A DNA stretch of 64,000 bases from Candidatus Multivorans sp. GTDB lineage: Bacteria > Acidobacteriota > Thermoanaerobaculia > Multivoradales > Multivoraceae. Made by a program: the position numbers and the translations under genes. The first letter of the stretch is position 1; each line of letters opens with the position of its first letter. The DNA lies in assembly GCA_965224025.1 (NCBI GenBank), contig OZ245033.1:1760001-1824000 (forward strand), in the 5' to 3' direction. The notes under the pieces are model-generated. The model was not told the origin of the DNA. It saw nothing but the letters and a program-made list of their open reading frames with translations, and did no database searches. Below, piece after piece: positions 52,716 to 62,575 of the stretch.

Positions 52716-52931
52716 CAGACCCCCTCTCCCGTCGCCCCAGAATTCCTCGTACCTCGGTCTGCTGGCCCAGCCCATCCTCGCCGGGACGCCACGCCGAAGA
52801 ACTCGCTCCGCGTCATTCCGCACCGCCGCCTCCCGGCCCGGAACGGTGAGGATAGCAGCCGGCACCCTAGGCCGCCGGCGCTAACATGGTGTCTCTTGAC
52901 CGGTTCACGGGTTCTCTGCAAATCGCCGAGG

Positions 52932-54815
52932 TTGCTGATCGCAACGGTCGCAGCGATCATCGCCGCAACGCACTGGTACGGCCTACCCCGGGCCGCCGCG
53001 CAGGCTCGACCAGGCGACAACGCCGGCGAACGAACCGAGGGCGAGACGGGCCGCCCGATCCGCGAGGACATCGTCCTTCGCGAGTCGATCGACGTGCGGT
53101 TGATCAGCCTCGACGCCGTGGTCACCGACTCTTCCGACCGCCCGGTCACCGGCTTGACCAGGGACGACTTCGAGCTGAAGGTCGAGGGAAAACCGGTCGA
53201 AATCCTGAGCGTGTCGGCCGCCGAGGACCTCCGCGAAACGGTCAGCGGCCGCCTCACGATCCTCCTCTTCATCGATGAGCGGCACCTGCAGCGGAAGCAC
53301 CGCGACACGGCCCTGGCCGAGATCGCCGACGCTCTGGACGCGGAGATCGACGCCAACCCGACCTGGGTGGCGGCTGCCGCGTTCGGAGAGGGTCTCGAAG
53401 CACTGCTGGCGCCGACTCGTGACCGCGAGGCGGTGCGGACCGTAATCACCGCGGCCTCGGGCCGCGAGCCGCCCACGACGAGCCTCCGCAGCCAGCAGCG
53501 CACCGCTTCTCTGGCCGTGCGCGAGGCGTTGCGGCTGATGGCTGCCAAGGGCAGCCGCTACCGGCTGGGCGAAGCCTCTCTCGCCAGCGTCGAGGCGAAT
53601 CTCCGCAGCTACGGCGAAGCCCTGCGGCTCGACACCCTCCAGACCATCAACGCCGTGCGTTCCCTGGTCGAAGCTCTGGCCTTCGTGCCGGGGCGCAAGG
53701 CAGTCCTGTTCGTGAGCGACGGCCTCCCCCGCTATCCGCTCGACGGCGCCGCGAAGACGATGTACGACCGGCTCGCGGGTGACTCGCGGCAGTTGGATGG
53801 CGACGAGTTGATGCTCGATCCGGGCTCGCTCGATCTCCACGACCGGAATCACCGCCCCTTCGGCGTCGACCGCGCCGACCGCATGGGCCGGCCAACGGGC
53901 ATCGTGCAGGTCGACGACGGCGGCGCGATGTCTTTCCAGACCCTGGCCGCCGAGTTGAGCTGCGGGCACGCCTTCGATCAGCTCGCCGCGCTGGCAAACA
54001 CGCACCGGGTTACCTTCTATCCGCTCAAGCCGCCGGTCGTCGACCCGTCGATCAGCGGCCTGGGCGAAAGCGCCGCCGGCCGCGGTTCGATCGTCGAGCT
54101 GTCGGACGTGCGCTCCGGCCTGGAGAGCCTGGCCGGCCTGACCGGCGGCCTGTCCTTCACGGCGGAGACCGGCGTCGGCAAGTTCCTCCAGTTGACCCGG
54201 ACCGACATCTCGACCTACTACTCGCTTTCCTTCGCACCGCCGGACTCGATGGGCGATACCGGCATCCGCGAGGTCACCCTCCGGGTGCGGAAACGGTCCG
54301 CAACACGGCACGGCCGGGTGCGCTACCGCACCAGCTACGTGCCGGTGACGATCCAGCAGAACCTCGCCAGTCGCGCCTGGGGCACGCTGCTGTTCGGCTG
54401 GGAGAAGAACTCACACGGCATGGAGGTCGAGATCGGCCGGATCGCGCGCGCCGATACGGGCAGAGACGGTGGACGGACGCCGCTTGAGGTTGTCGCCAGC
54501 CTGCCGATCGGCGAACTGGAACTGGCGCCGACGCGAGCTGCCCGCAACCCCGTCGCCAGCGGCCACTACCGCGTCGTGCTCCAGGTTCAACGCGACGACG
54601 GAAGCCGGATGCCGCCCCAGCACTTCGACTTCGAACTCAACGTGCCCGTCGCCGAACTCGAGGCCGCGGCGGGCCAGTACATTGCCGTGCGCAGCGGCCT
54701 GCTCCTGGGGCCGGGAAGCTACCGTCTGGCGGTCGGCCTCTGGGAGGAGAACAGCGGACGCTCGTCCTTCGTGGTGCGGGAACTGTCGATCCAGCCGGAC
54801 CCGAGCGTCGCCTAG
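52932..54815 (+). CDS. VWFA-related (acidobacterial) domain protein
   Basis: VRLISLDAVVTD...PVTGLTRDDF; PGRKAVLFVSDG; LAGLTGG; YYSLSF; start is uncertain. Confidence 0.8.
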   Translation: MLIATVAAIIAATHWYGLPRAAAQARPGDNAGERTEGETGRPIREDIVLRESIDVRLISLDAVVTDSSDRPVTGLTRDDFELKVEGKPVEILSVSAAEDLRETVSGRLTILLFIDERHLQRKHRDTALAEIADALDAEIDANPTWVAAAAFGEGLEALLAPTRDREAVRTVITAASGREPPTTSLRSQQRTASLAVREALRLMAAKGSRYRLGEASLASVEANLRSYGEALRLDTLQTINAVRSLVEALAFVPGRKAVLFVSDGLPRYPLDGAAKTMYDRLAGDSRQLDGDELMLDPGSLDLHDRNHRPFGVDRADRMGRPTGIVQVDDGGAMSFQTLAAELSCGHAFDQLAALANTHRVTFYPLKPPVVDPSISGLGESAAGRGSIVELSDVRSGLESLAGLTGGLSFTAETGVGKFLQLTRTDISTYYSLSFAPPDSMGDTGIREVTLRVRKRSATRHGRVRYRTSYVPVTIQQNLASRAWGTLLFGWEKNSHGMEVEIGRIARADTGRDGGRTPLEVVASLPIGELELAPTRAARNPVASGHYRVVLQVQRDDGSRMPPQHFDFELNVPVAELEAAAGQYIAVRSGLLLGPGSYRLAVGLWEENSGRSSFVVRELSIQPDPSVA

Positions 54816-54841
54816 GGACGGACCACTGCACGCCACGGCGG

Positions 54842-57800
54842 TCAGCGGCGCCCGGCGACCTTGCGCGCCGGCCGCTTCTGGACCTCGTCCAGCAGCTTTT
54901 CGAGCCGGAGACGTTCACCCTCCCGGAGCCGCCTGTTCTGGCCCTCCGGCCGGCGATCCACGAGCTTCTTCAGGTCGAGAAGCCAGTCGAGATCGGCCTG
55001 CACGTCGCCTTCCGCCAACGGGGCGGCACGCTCCCACAGGCCGGCATTGCGCAGCACGCGCAGCTCGTCCCGAAGCGCGTTGGCCTGGCGATAGATCCCG
55101 GCGGCGTCGCCGGGCCGGCCCTGGGCCTCCCGCAATCGACCCAGCCGCCGCAGGTCGGTCGGCGTCGCCCCCAGAAGTAACTCGGCTGAGCCAAGACGCT
55201 TTCTTCGCTCCGCGGGCCTCTCGTCTCCGCCGCCCGCTCGGATCAGAGTGTCGAACGCCCTCTTGCGGATCGTGTGCGCCTTCGCCGCAGAGTCGCCCGC
55301 ATAGCCGGTCAGTTCAAACCATGCCTCCACATCGGCGCGAGCAAGGGCCCCACCGAGACCGGGATCGGAGGCCCCCTCTTCCACTGCTCGTCGAAGCGCC
55401 TGCGCTGCCCGCAGGAGCGCTCCCTGAAGCCAGGTCCCGCCGGCGGCGTCCGAACGGCCAGTCAGCTCACGCGCCGCCTCCAGCAGCAGGTAGGGCATCT
55501 CCGTCCTGTTTCTTGACCAGTACTCGAGCTCGTAGAACGCCGTCCGCTCGATCTGCCGCGAGTCGTCATCCGACTCGAAGACCTCCTCCGCCGGCGTCAG
55601 CAGATCCTCCCGGCTCATGCCGTCCGGCACGCCGTCCACCATCAGCCGGGCGGCGGTCGCCAGCAGGGCGGTGCGCGCGTCCTCACGGACCGCCGGATCG
55701 GACACGCCATTCGGAAGATCGGGATCGCCGAGCAATCGGATCGCCTGGCACGCACGCTGCCAGGCGCGCCGTGGCGCCGAGTCGATCAACGCCCGCGCGT
55801 CTTCCGTACGCACCTGCACCCGCTCCTCGGCCGACGCCTCCGAGCGGGCGAAGTGGTCCAGGAGATCCCCGGCGTCGTACGGCGCCGGGTCGCCGAGAAA
55901 CTCGCGGCTCAGGACGCCGGCGCCCCGGAACCCGATCTCCACCGGCTGGCCGGTCGCCGTGCTCATCAGGCGCATCGGGTTCTTCTTCGTCTCCGCGGTC
56001 TCCACGTCCACGAAGGCGAGCGTCTCCGTAGCCCGGCTCAAGGCAACCCGTAGGTGGTCGACGACCGTGCGATGCAGGTTCTGCTCCACCTCCGATCCGC
56101 TGCCGTAGTCCCCGGGTCCGGTGCGAAGGAACGCCAGGAGGCGCCCCGGATTCAGAACGCATACGGACTGGTACTCCAGCCCCTTTGCCTGAGCGGTCGT
56201 CAGCACGGAAGGCCGCAGACGCTCCGGCATCCATTCCGGCGGCGCGTCCCACGGCGACACGACGACCACGCCGTCCGCCTGTTCGAGCCCCTCCAGGAGG
56301 TCGACGGCTTCGGCCGGATCGCCGATCCGCACATGGAGAAGATGGGCGTCGACATGCTCGCCGGCATCCTGGCGCCTCTGTTTCGCCGGTCGACGGGTCT
56401 TGAGGATGTCGCGGTAACTCTCCGACGCCCGGTCGACGACTTCGGCGATCCGCCGAGGACAGCGAAGATGCTCCCCCAACTGGAACTTCTGCGGCCGGCC
56501 GACCCGGAGGGCGAGGAGGTCGTTCAGCCGCGCCCACTCGAAACCGGTGGGGCGGACGGTCTGGCCCTCGTCGCCGGCCATCAGGAGCCACGGACCGCGC
56601 CGGCGGGCGAGCCCGATCGCCCGGCAGAGTTCGACCACGACTGCCGTCTCGACGAGAGTGAGATCCTGCGCTTCGTCGACCACGACGCGGTCGAAGCTCT
56701 CGAACCCCTCTGGAACGCCGCCCTTCAGCCGCTCGATCGCTTCCACCGCCGCGACGAGCTCGGGAAAGACCGCCCGCACACCGTCGCCGGGGAAGAACCG
56801 GGCAACCTTGAGCAGCGCCTTCGCCGCCTTCTCGCCCACGCCGGCGTACCCGCCCCGAAGTTCGCGGTAGGCGCGGTCGCCCAAGCGGCACACTCCGCCT
56901 TTCGAGATGCATCCGTCCGCGCCCGGAATGGCCCGGCCGAAGAGAATGGCGCGCATCTCGGCGTGAAGCGCATCGCGTTGCCGCGCCCAGGGCCCGGCAA
57001 CGTCCATCCCCAGCCGCGCGAGGGTGTCCCTGAACCTGGCGCGGCTCGCGTCAAGCGTCAGCGTCGGCGTGTCGACGCCGCGAATCTCGCCCAGGAAGGT
57101 CGAAAAGTCGCGCGTCTCCACATGGACGTCGACCGGCGCGAAGGACGCGAAGCGCTCCCTGGCGACCCGCGCCAGATCGCTTGACCAGGTGAGATAGAGA
57201 ACGCGGTCGCCGTTCCGCGCTTCCACCGCCTTCCACAGCGCAGTCGTCTTCCCCGACCCGGGTCGACCGTGGAGAAGGCGGACCGGGCCGTCGTCCCGAA
57301 CGAACCGGTTCTGCTCATCGGTCCAGGCGGGATCGTCGGCGATGTCGTCGAGTTCCTCCGGTTTGGCGAGCCGCTGATACCCTCCGATCCCTCCGGCGGC
57401 AAGCGGTTCGTGATCGTCGTGATGCCGGACGGAGCGCACCAGAATGGCGCCTCCAGGAAGATCCAGTTCCTTCGCCGCCTGGCTGCCCTGGAGCGTCCAC
57501 CAAAGGTAGTAGTGCATGCCGTTGCTGCCGCCGAGAGGAGACCGGCGCCAACCCGGGTTGCCGCTTCCGCACCCCTTGACGATCGTCGTCCGTCCATGCG
57601 CCGCCAGGTGCTGGAGCACCAGCCCGAACCGCTTGCGAAGCTGCGGCCACTGATCGAGCCGGTCCCAGGCATCCCCGTGGAGCCAGATGTCATGGCGGAG
57701 TTCCGGGAACGTCAGTTCACCCGGCCGCGCCGGACGGTCAGGCCAGCTTCGCAGCAGGGACCGCTTGTCGGGATTCAACCCCGGCCGCGGCATGGACTCC

Positions 57801-57868
57801 GGTTCAAAGAGGAACCGCGCGCGCCCGGAATGGTCCCACTCGGCAGGCTTCCCGGACGGGTCGATCAC
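54842..57868 (-). CDS. SF1 (UvrD-like) helicase with an N-terminal RelE-like domain and a C-terminal helical/TPR-like region
   Basis: HGRPGSGKTT; VLYLTWS; VVVDEAQD; AGDEGQ; HLR; TTAQAKGLE; VALSRA; N-terminal WRRSPL...YYLWW...LVRSVRHHD. Confidence 0.75.
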   Translation of the reverse strand: MIDPSGKPAEWDHSGRARFLFEPESMPRPGLNPDKRSLLRSWPDRPARPGELTFPELRHDIWLHGDAWDRLDQWPQLRKRFGLVLQHLAAHGRTTIVKGCGSGNPGWRRSPLGGSNGMHYYLWWTLQGSQAAKELDLPGGAILVRSVRHHDDHEPLAAGGIGGYQRLAKPEELDDIADDPAWTDEQNRFVRDDGPVRLLHGRPGSGKTTALWKAVEARNGDRVLYLTWSSDLARVARERFASFAPVDVHVETRDFSTFLGEIRGVDTPTLTLDASRARFRDTLARLGMDVAGPWARQRDALHAEMRAILFGRAIPGADGCISKGGVCRLGDRAYRELRGGYAGVGEKAAKALLKVARFFPGDGVRAVFPELVAAVEAIERLKGGVPEGFESFDRVVVDEAQDLTLVETAVVVELCRAIGLARRRGPWLLMAGDEGQTVRPTGFEWARLNDLLALRVGRPQKFQLGEHLRCPRRIAEVVDRASESYRDILKTRRPAKQRRQDAGEHVDAHLLHVRIGDPAEAVDLLEGLEQADGVVVVSPWDAPPEWMPERLRPSVLTTAQAKGLEYQSVCVLNPGRLLAFLRTGPGDYGSGSEVEQNLHRTVVDHLRVALSRATETLAFVDVETAETKKNPMRLMSTATGQPVEIGFRGAGVLSREFLGDPAPYDAGDLLDHFARSEASAEERVQVRTEDARALIDSAPRRAWQRACQAIRLLGDPDLPNGVSDPAVREDARTALLATAARLMVDGVPDGMSREDLLTPAEEVFESDDDSRQIERTAFYELEYWSRNRTEMPYLLLEAARELTGRSDAAGGTWLQGALLRAAQALRRAVEEGASDPGLGGALARADVEAWFELTGYAGDSAAKAHTIRKRAFDTLIRAGGGDERPAERRKRLGSAELLLGATPTDLRRLGRLREAQGRPGDAAGIYRQANALRDELRVLRNAGLWERAAPLAEGDVQADLDWLLDLKKLVDRRPEGQNRRLREGERLRLEKLLDEVQKRPARKVAGRR

Positions 57869-57895
57869 GACGCCGATCCGCAGGCCGTCCGACGC

Positions 57896-59690
57896 TCACG
57901 TACGAGCAAAGAACCTGATCGGAGCATGGTCGGCATCGTGCTTGATCCGGGTCGGGAACAGACGCTCATCGTAGCAGCCGGCGCCGCGCCGGCGCGGACT
58001 CCGGCGGGCCAGGGGCAGGACCATTCCAAAGTCCGACGCTTCGCGTCGGATGCGGGCAGATGCCAGCGTTCCCAAGCTCGGAGAGCCGTGCCGGCACAGG
58101 TCCATCGATCCGGGAGTGATGCCCGCACCTCCGGCCGCGGAATGGCCGACTTTGGAAGCCTTGGGGCCAGGGAGCCGAAGGCGACGCGACAGCCTGAACG
58201 TCGCACTGTTCTGCGTCGTAAGCCAGTCGCCGTCGAAGAAACCACCCCGGAAGGTCAGGTTGTCGTACCAGAAAGCCCGCTTGCCGCTGGTCGAGAATCC
58301 ACCGGCGTAGCCCTGGTTCTCATACAGGCCCACCGGGACCACGATGTCGGAGGCGATCTCGAACGGCTCGAACAACTGCTCCTTGGTCCAGCGGGGGCCG
58401 AACCAGAGGAACTCGCCACTCTCCGTCGCGAAACCGAGCGGAGAAAGGGCTACGCTCTGACTCTCCAGACGGCCGTCGCTGCTCCGTTCGAAGCGTTGGA
58501 CACCGAAGTCGGACCACCAGCTCAGCAGCCCCCTCTTCTCGATCCGGGGACGCCATTCCAGGCGAGGGTAGAACATCCGGAAGTCGCGGCGCAGGAGGAA
58601 GCCGACGGTGGGATCGAAGTCTGGCTGCACCTCGACGTAGTCGGCCGAAGCGGTGAGTTCCGGCCCCTGGTACAGGAATCCCGCGCCCCGGGTCTCGTTG
58701 CCTTCCTCCTCTCCGACGCCGAGTCCCAGATCGCTCTCAGCCCAGAACCCGAGAACTCGATACGCTGCGTCGGCTTGAGGTCGAAGTCGAGACCGTAGAG
58801 CCGTTCACCGGCCAGCCCCTCCCGGTCCCGGTGCGTGAAGCTGCCGCCGATCGTCGACCGCTCGCCGATGTTCCTGGTCACCCGAGCCATGCCGTAGGTG
58901 GCGCCCGGTACGGCAGCCTCGCCGTTCTCCCTCTCCGGGAGACCGGCCGTGCCGATTCCGAGCATGCCGAGGTTCCAGCCCCCGGCTCGTCCGGTCAGGC
59001 GGACGCCGCAATCGATCGGCACCGTGCGGCCGCCTTCGAGCCCGATTCGGCGGGAGAAGAACGGCTTCATCAGCGGCTGCCCCCAGCCCACGCGCGGACG
59101 CGGCCCGAAGTCGAAAACGCCCGCGTTCTCGAGGAAGAAGTCCCGCTTCTCGGGAAAGAACAGGGAGAACCGGGTCAGATTCACCTGCTGGTCGTCGACT
59201 TCCACTTCGGCGAAGTCCGTGTTGTAGGTCAGATCCAGCACCAGGGAGCGGGTCAGCCCCCACTTCAGGTCGAGACCGCCGTCAAGGTCGTCGGCGCTGT
59301 CTCCTCGAACCCGATCGTCGTTACGACCGCCTACGGCGTATGGCTTCACGTCAAGTTGACGCGAGGGCCGCAGATCGCGCAGGCCCTTCAGTTCCCCTGC
59401 CAGAGAAACGCGGTAAACGGCATTCTGGCCGAACTGGGACAGATCGCTGTTGATGCTGGCCTCGAGCGGCAGCGGCACGCAGTGCGTCTCCTCGTTCCTG
59501 CGCCGGACCATCCGCTGCACGTTCAGACTCCACACGTCGCTCCGAGGGTCGAAACGCAGCGTCGAGACCGGTATCGCGATCTCCGCCACCCAGCCCTGCC
59601 CCGTCCGCCGCGCCGCGACATCCCACACTCCGTCCCAAGCCCAGTTCACATCTCTGCCCTCGTCGGTGAGCAGAGCGTCCCAACTCGCGT
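57896..59690 (-). pseudogene. DUF5916 outer-membrane protein remnant (several frameshifts/deletions)
   Basis: WDGVWDVAA...GWVAEIAIP; LDLTYNTDFAEVEVD...NLTRFSLFFPEKRDFFLEN; FFSRRIG; later FDPTVGFL in another frame. Confidence 0.8.
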
Positions 59691-60192
59691 TCAGGTCGTC
59701 GAGCTTGAGCAGGACGACGGCGACAAGACGCCCGAGGAGGATCACGCATGCGAGTGCCGCCGGCACGGCCACGGCAAAGCCCAGGACGCCGGCTGTGCGC
59801 GTCAAGAGAAGGTAGAGCAGCGATGGCCCGAACAAAGGGAGCCACAAGCCGGACAACCCGGCGCCGACCCGTAGCGCCTAAAGCGCCCGAAACTGCACCG
59901 GCAGCGGCAACAAGCGCCGAACGTCGAAAACCCGGGACATCTCGAAGCGCATCACGACCGCTGCAACGACCCAGAACAGCACCGCGATCGCGGCCAGCAG
60001 GTTCAGAGTGTTCCGCCGCAGCAGGTCGTCATCCAGTTCGAAGGTCGCTGCCGTGGCCCCGACCAGGAGCACGCCGAGAAGAAGAAGGGCGCCGCCCATG
60101 AGGAGCTTCCCAAAGCGCTCCTTTCTGCCCCGCCGCCAGTTGTCCCGCAGAATGGTCGGCATCAACGCCCGGCAATCGCTCAGCGTGCCCAT
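59691..60192 (-). pseudogene. N-terminal remnant of a third paralogue of the peptide-cluster permease
   Basis: LDDDLLRRNTLNL...FDVRRLLPLPVQFRAL* versus LESDALQRNLLNL...LDLDDLLRLPVGFRDLY in the 47449 gene; a premature TAG at 59878-59880 replaces the Tyr. Confidence 0.7.
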
Positions 60193-60376
60193 CAGGCGAT
60201 CCTAGCCGCGCCAAACGACGAACCGGCGACGCGTCCAGCCCCTTTGTCCAGGCGCCTTCGCCGCAAACCCGGGCTCTGACGATGCCTGGAGTCGCGATAG
60301 TCTGCGGCTTTCCGGCCGCTCACCAGGCCTCGCGAGGCGCGAACCCGCGTCGGAGCGGGGTCCCAGGAGACATACG

Positions 60377-61414
60377 ATGTCCACACGCATGCTGTTGATC
60401 GCTCTCGGCTGCGCCGGCGCCGCCGGATTCCTTGGCGCCGCAGGCCACGACAAGACCTCCGACACCATGGCCTCGGCCGCGAACAACCTGCTCGCGTCGC
60501 TCGACGCCGCCCAGCGCACAATTGTGATGCTCGGCATGGGCGACGCCGAGAGGGTCGACTGGCACTTCATCCCCAAGGCGCGCAAGGGCCTGTCGATGCT
60601 GGACATGAGCCCGGACCAGCACCATCTGCTCCACGCCCTGCTCAGCGCCTCGCTGAGCCGAACGGGATACGGCAAAACGACGACCGTGATGAGCCTGGAG
60701 GCGGTGCTGCGCAAGCTTGAGGAGGCTGCAGGCGGGAACCCCTTCACGTCAATGCGGGATCCCCTTCGCTACCACGTGACCTTCTTCGGCGCGCCCAGCG
60801 AGGACGGCGACTGGGGCTGGAGCTTCGAGGGACACCACGTGTCGCTCAACTTCACCGTCGTCGCCGGGGAGGCGACCGCCTCCACGCCCCTCTTCCTGGG
60901 CGCCAACCCGCACCGGGTGCCGAGCGGCCCGCGCGAGGGCCTGCGCGCCCTGGGACGCGAGGAGGACCTCGCCCGGACGCTGCTCGAATCCCTGGACGAG
61001 GAGCAGCGCAAGAAGGCCGTCATCGGCGACGAGGCGCCGCGCGACATCTTCAGTTCGAACCAGCCGCGGGTGGAACGCCAGGTGCCGAGAGGCGTACCGG
61101 CAAGCGCCCTCGATTCCGAGCAACGGGAACTCCTCGACGCGCTGATCGAGGAGTACGCCGGCAACGTGCCGCCGGACCTCGCCGCCAGGCGCCGGGCCCA
61201 GGTCGAGGCGGCCGGCAACGCGATCCACTTCGCCTGGATGGGACCGGTGGAGCTCGGAGCGCCCCACTACTACCGCATCCAGGCGCCGGACTTCGTCATC
61301 GAGTACGACAACGTTCAGAACGCCGCCAACCACAGCCACACCGTCTGGCGCGACTTCGACGGCGACTTCGGCCGCGACCTCCTGGCCGAGCACCACCGCG
61401 ACTACGAACACTGA
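60377..61414 (+). CDS. DUF3500 domain secreted protein
   Basis: WHFIP..RKGL; YHVTFFGAP; WGWSFEGHHVSLNF; HYYRIQ; IEYDN...NHSHTVWRD..GDFG. Confidence 0.88.
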   Translation: MSTRMLLIALGCAGAAGFLGAAGHDKTSDTMASAANNLLASLDAAQRTIVMLGMGDAERVDWHFIPKARKGLSMLDMSPDQHHLLHALLSASLSRTGYGKTTTVMSLEAVLRKLEEAAGGNPFTSMRDPLRYHVTFFGAPSEDGDWGWSFEGHHVSLNFTVVAGEATASTPLFLGANPHRVPSGPREGLRALGREEDLARTLLESLDEEQRKKAVIGDEAPRDIFSSNQPRVERQVPRGVPASALDSEQRELLDALIEEYAGNVPPDLAARRRAQVEAAGNAIHFAWMGPVELGAPHYYRIQAPDFVIEYDNVQNAANHSHTVWRDFDGDFGRDLLAEHHRDYEH

Positions 61415-61552
61415 GGTGGCCACAAACAAGATCCGCACAACTGACGCCCGCCTATCGAGTTTATGAGGATCTTGTTCTTCGGGATCTTCGGAAGAACAAG
61501 TTCCTCACAACTCGGCCCATAGGAAAGCTCCAGACTGCGCAAGAGACGCTCG

Positions 61553-62575
61553 ATGTCAGCACCCGCTCCCGGCACGCCCGAATGGCTGGCCCAGGTCCAG
61601 GAAGAAACCGTCGACCCGGCCCGGCGGATCGTCGATCCGCACCACCATCTCTGGCGGCGGCCGACCGGCGACTATCTGCTTGAGGATCTGTGGGGCGACA
61701 CGGAGGCGGTCGGAAGCGACGGCGAGAGCCACAACGTCGAAAAGACGGTGTTCGTGGAGTGCCGGGCCTGCTACCGCGAGGACGGCCCGGAGCACCTGCG
61801 CTGCATCGGCGAAACCGAGTTCGTGGCCGGAATCGCCGCCGCCTCCGCCGAGAGCGACGGTGCTGTGATCGCCGGCATCGTGAGCCACGCGAATCTCACC
61901 CTGGGCGAAGAGGTCGCGGAAGTCCTCGACGCGCACGAGGAAGCCGGCGCCGGGCTGTTCCGGGGCATCCGGCACAGCGGCGCCCGCGACCCGCACCCGG
62001 AGGCGCTGCGCATCGCCGGCCGGGCGCCCGAGGGTCTCTACGCGCGCGATGACTTCCGGCGCGGCTTGAGGGTGCTGGGCGAGCGCGGCCTGACCTTCGA
62101 CACCTGGCACTACCACCACCAGAACCGCGACTTCGCGGCACTGGCGCGCGCCGTGCCGGAGACGACGATGATCCTCGACCACTTCGGCACCCCCTTGGGG
62201 GTCGGCCCCTACGCCGACAAACGCGCCGAGATCTTTGAGGCCTGGAAGCGCGACCTCGCGGAGATCGCCGCGTGCCCCAACGTGGTCGCCAAGATCGGCG
62301 GTCTGGCGATGCCGGACAACGGCTTCGGCTGGAGCGAGCGCAGCCTGCCCGCCACGTCCGACGAACTCGTCGCCGCCCAGCGCCGGTACTACCTGCACAC
62401 GATCGAGTGCTTCGGCCCCCAGCGGTGCATGTTCGAGAGCAACTTCCCCGTCGACAAGCTCTCGATCCCGTACCACGTCCTCTACAACGCGCTCAAGAAG
62501 ATCGCGGCCGGGTTCTCCGACGACGAACAGGACGCGATGTTCTACGGCACCGCCGCTCGGGTCTACTCCTTGTGA
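61553..62575 (+). CDS. Amidohydrolase 2 family protein
   Basis: IVDPHHHLW; FRGIRH; ILDHFG; KIGG; FGPQRCMFESNFPVD. Confidence 0.9.
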   Translation: MSAPAPGTPEWLAQVQEETVDPARRIVDPHHHLWRRPTGDYLLEDLWGDTEAVGSDGESHNVEKTVFVECRACYREDGPEHLRCIGETEFVAGIAAASAESDGAVIAGIVSHANLTLGEEVAEVLDAHEEAGAGLFRGIRHSGARDPHPEALRIAGRAPEGLYARDDFRRGLRVLGERGLTFDTWHYHHQNRDFAALARAVPETTMILDHFGTPLGVGPYADKRAEIFEAWKRDLAEIAACPNVVAKIGGLAMPDNGFGWSERSLPATSDELVAAQRRYYLHTIECFGPQRCMFESNFPVDKLSIPYHVLYNALKKIAAGFSDDEQDAMFYGTAARVYSL

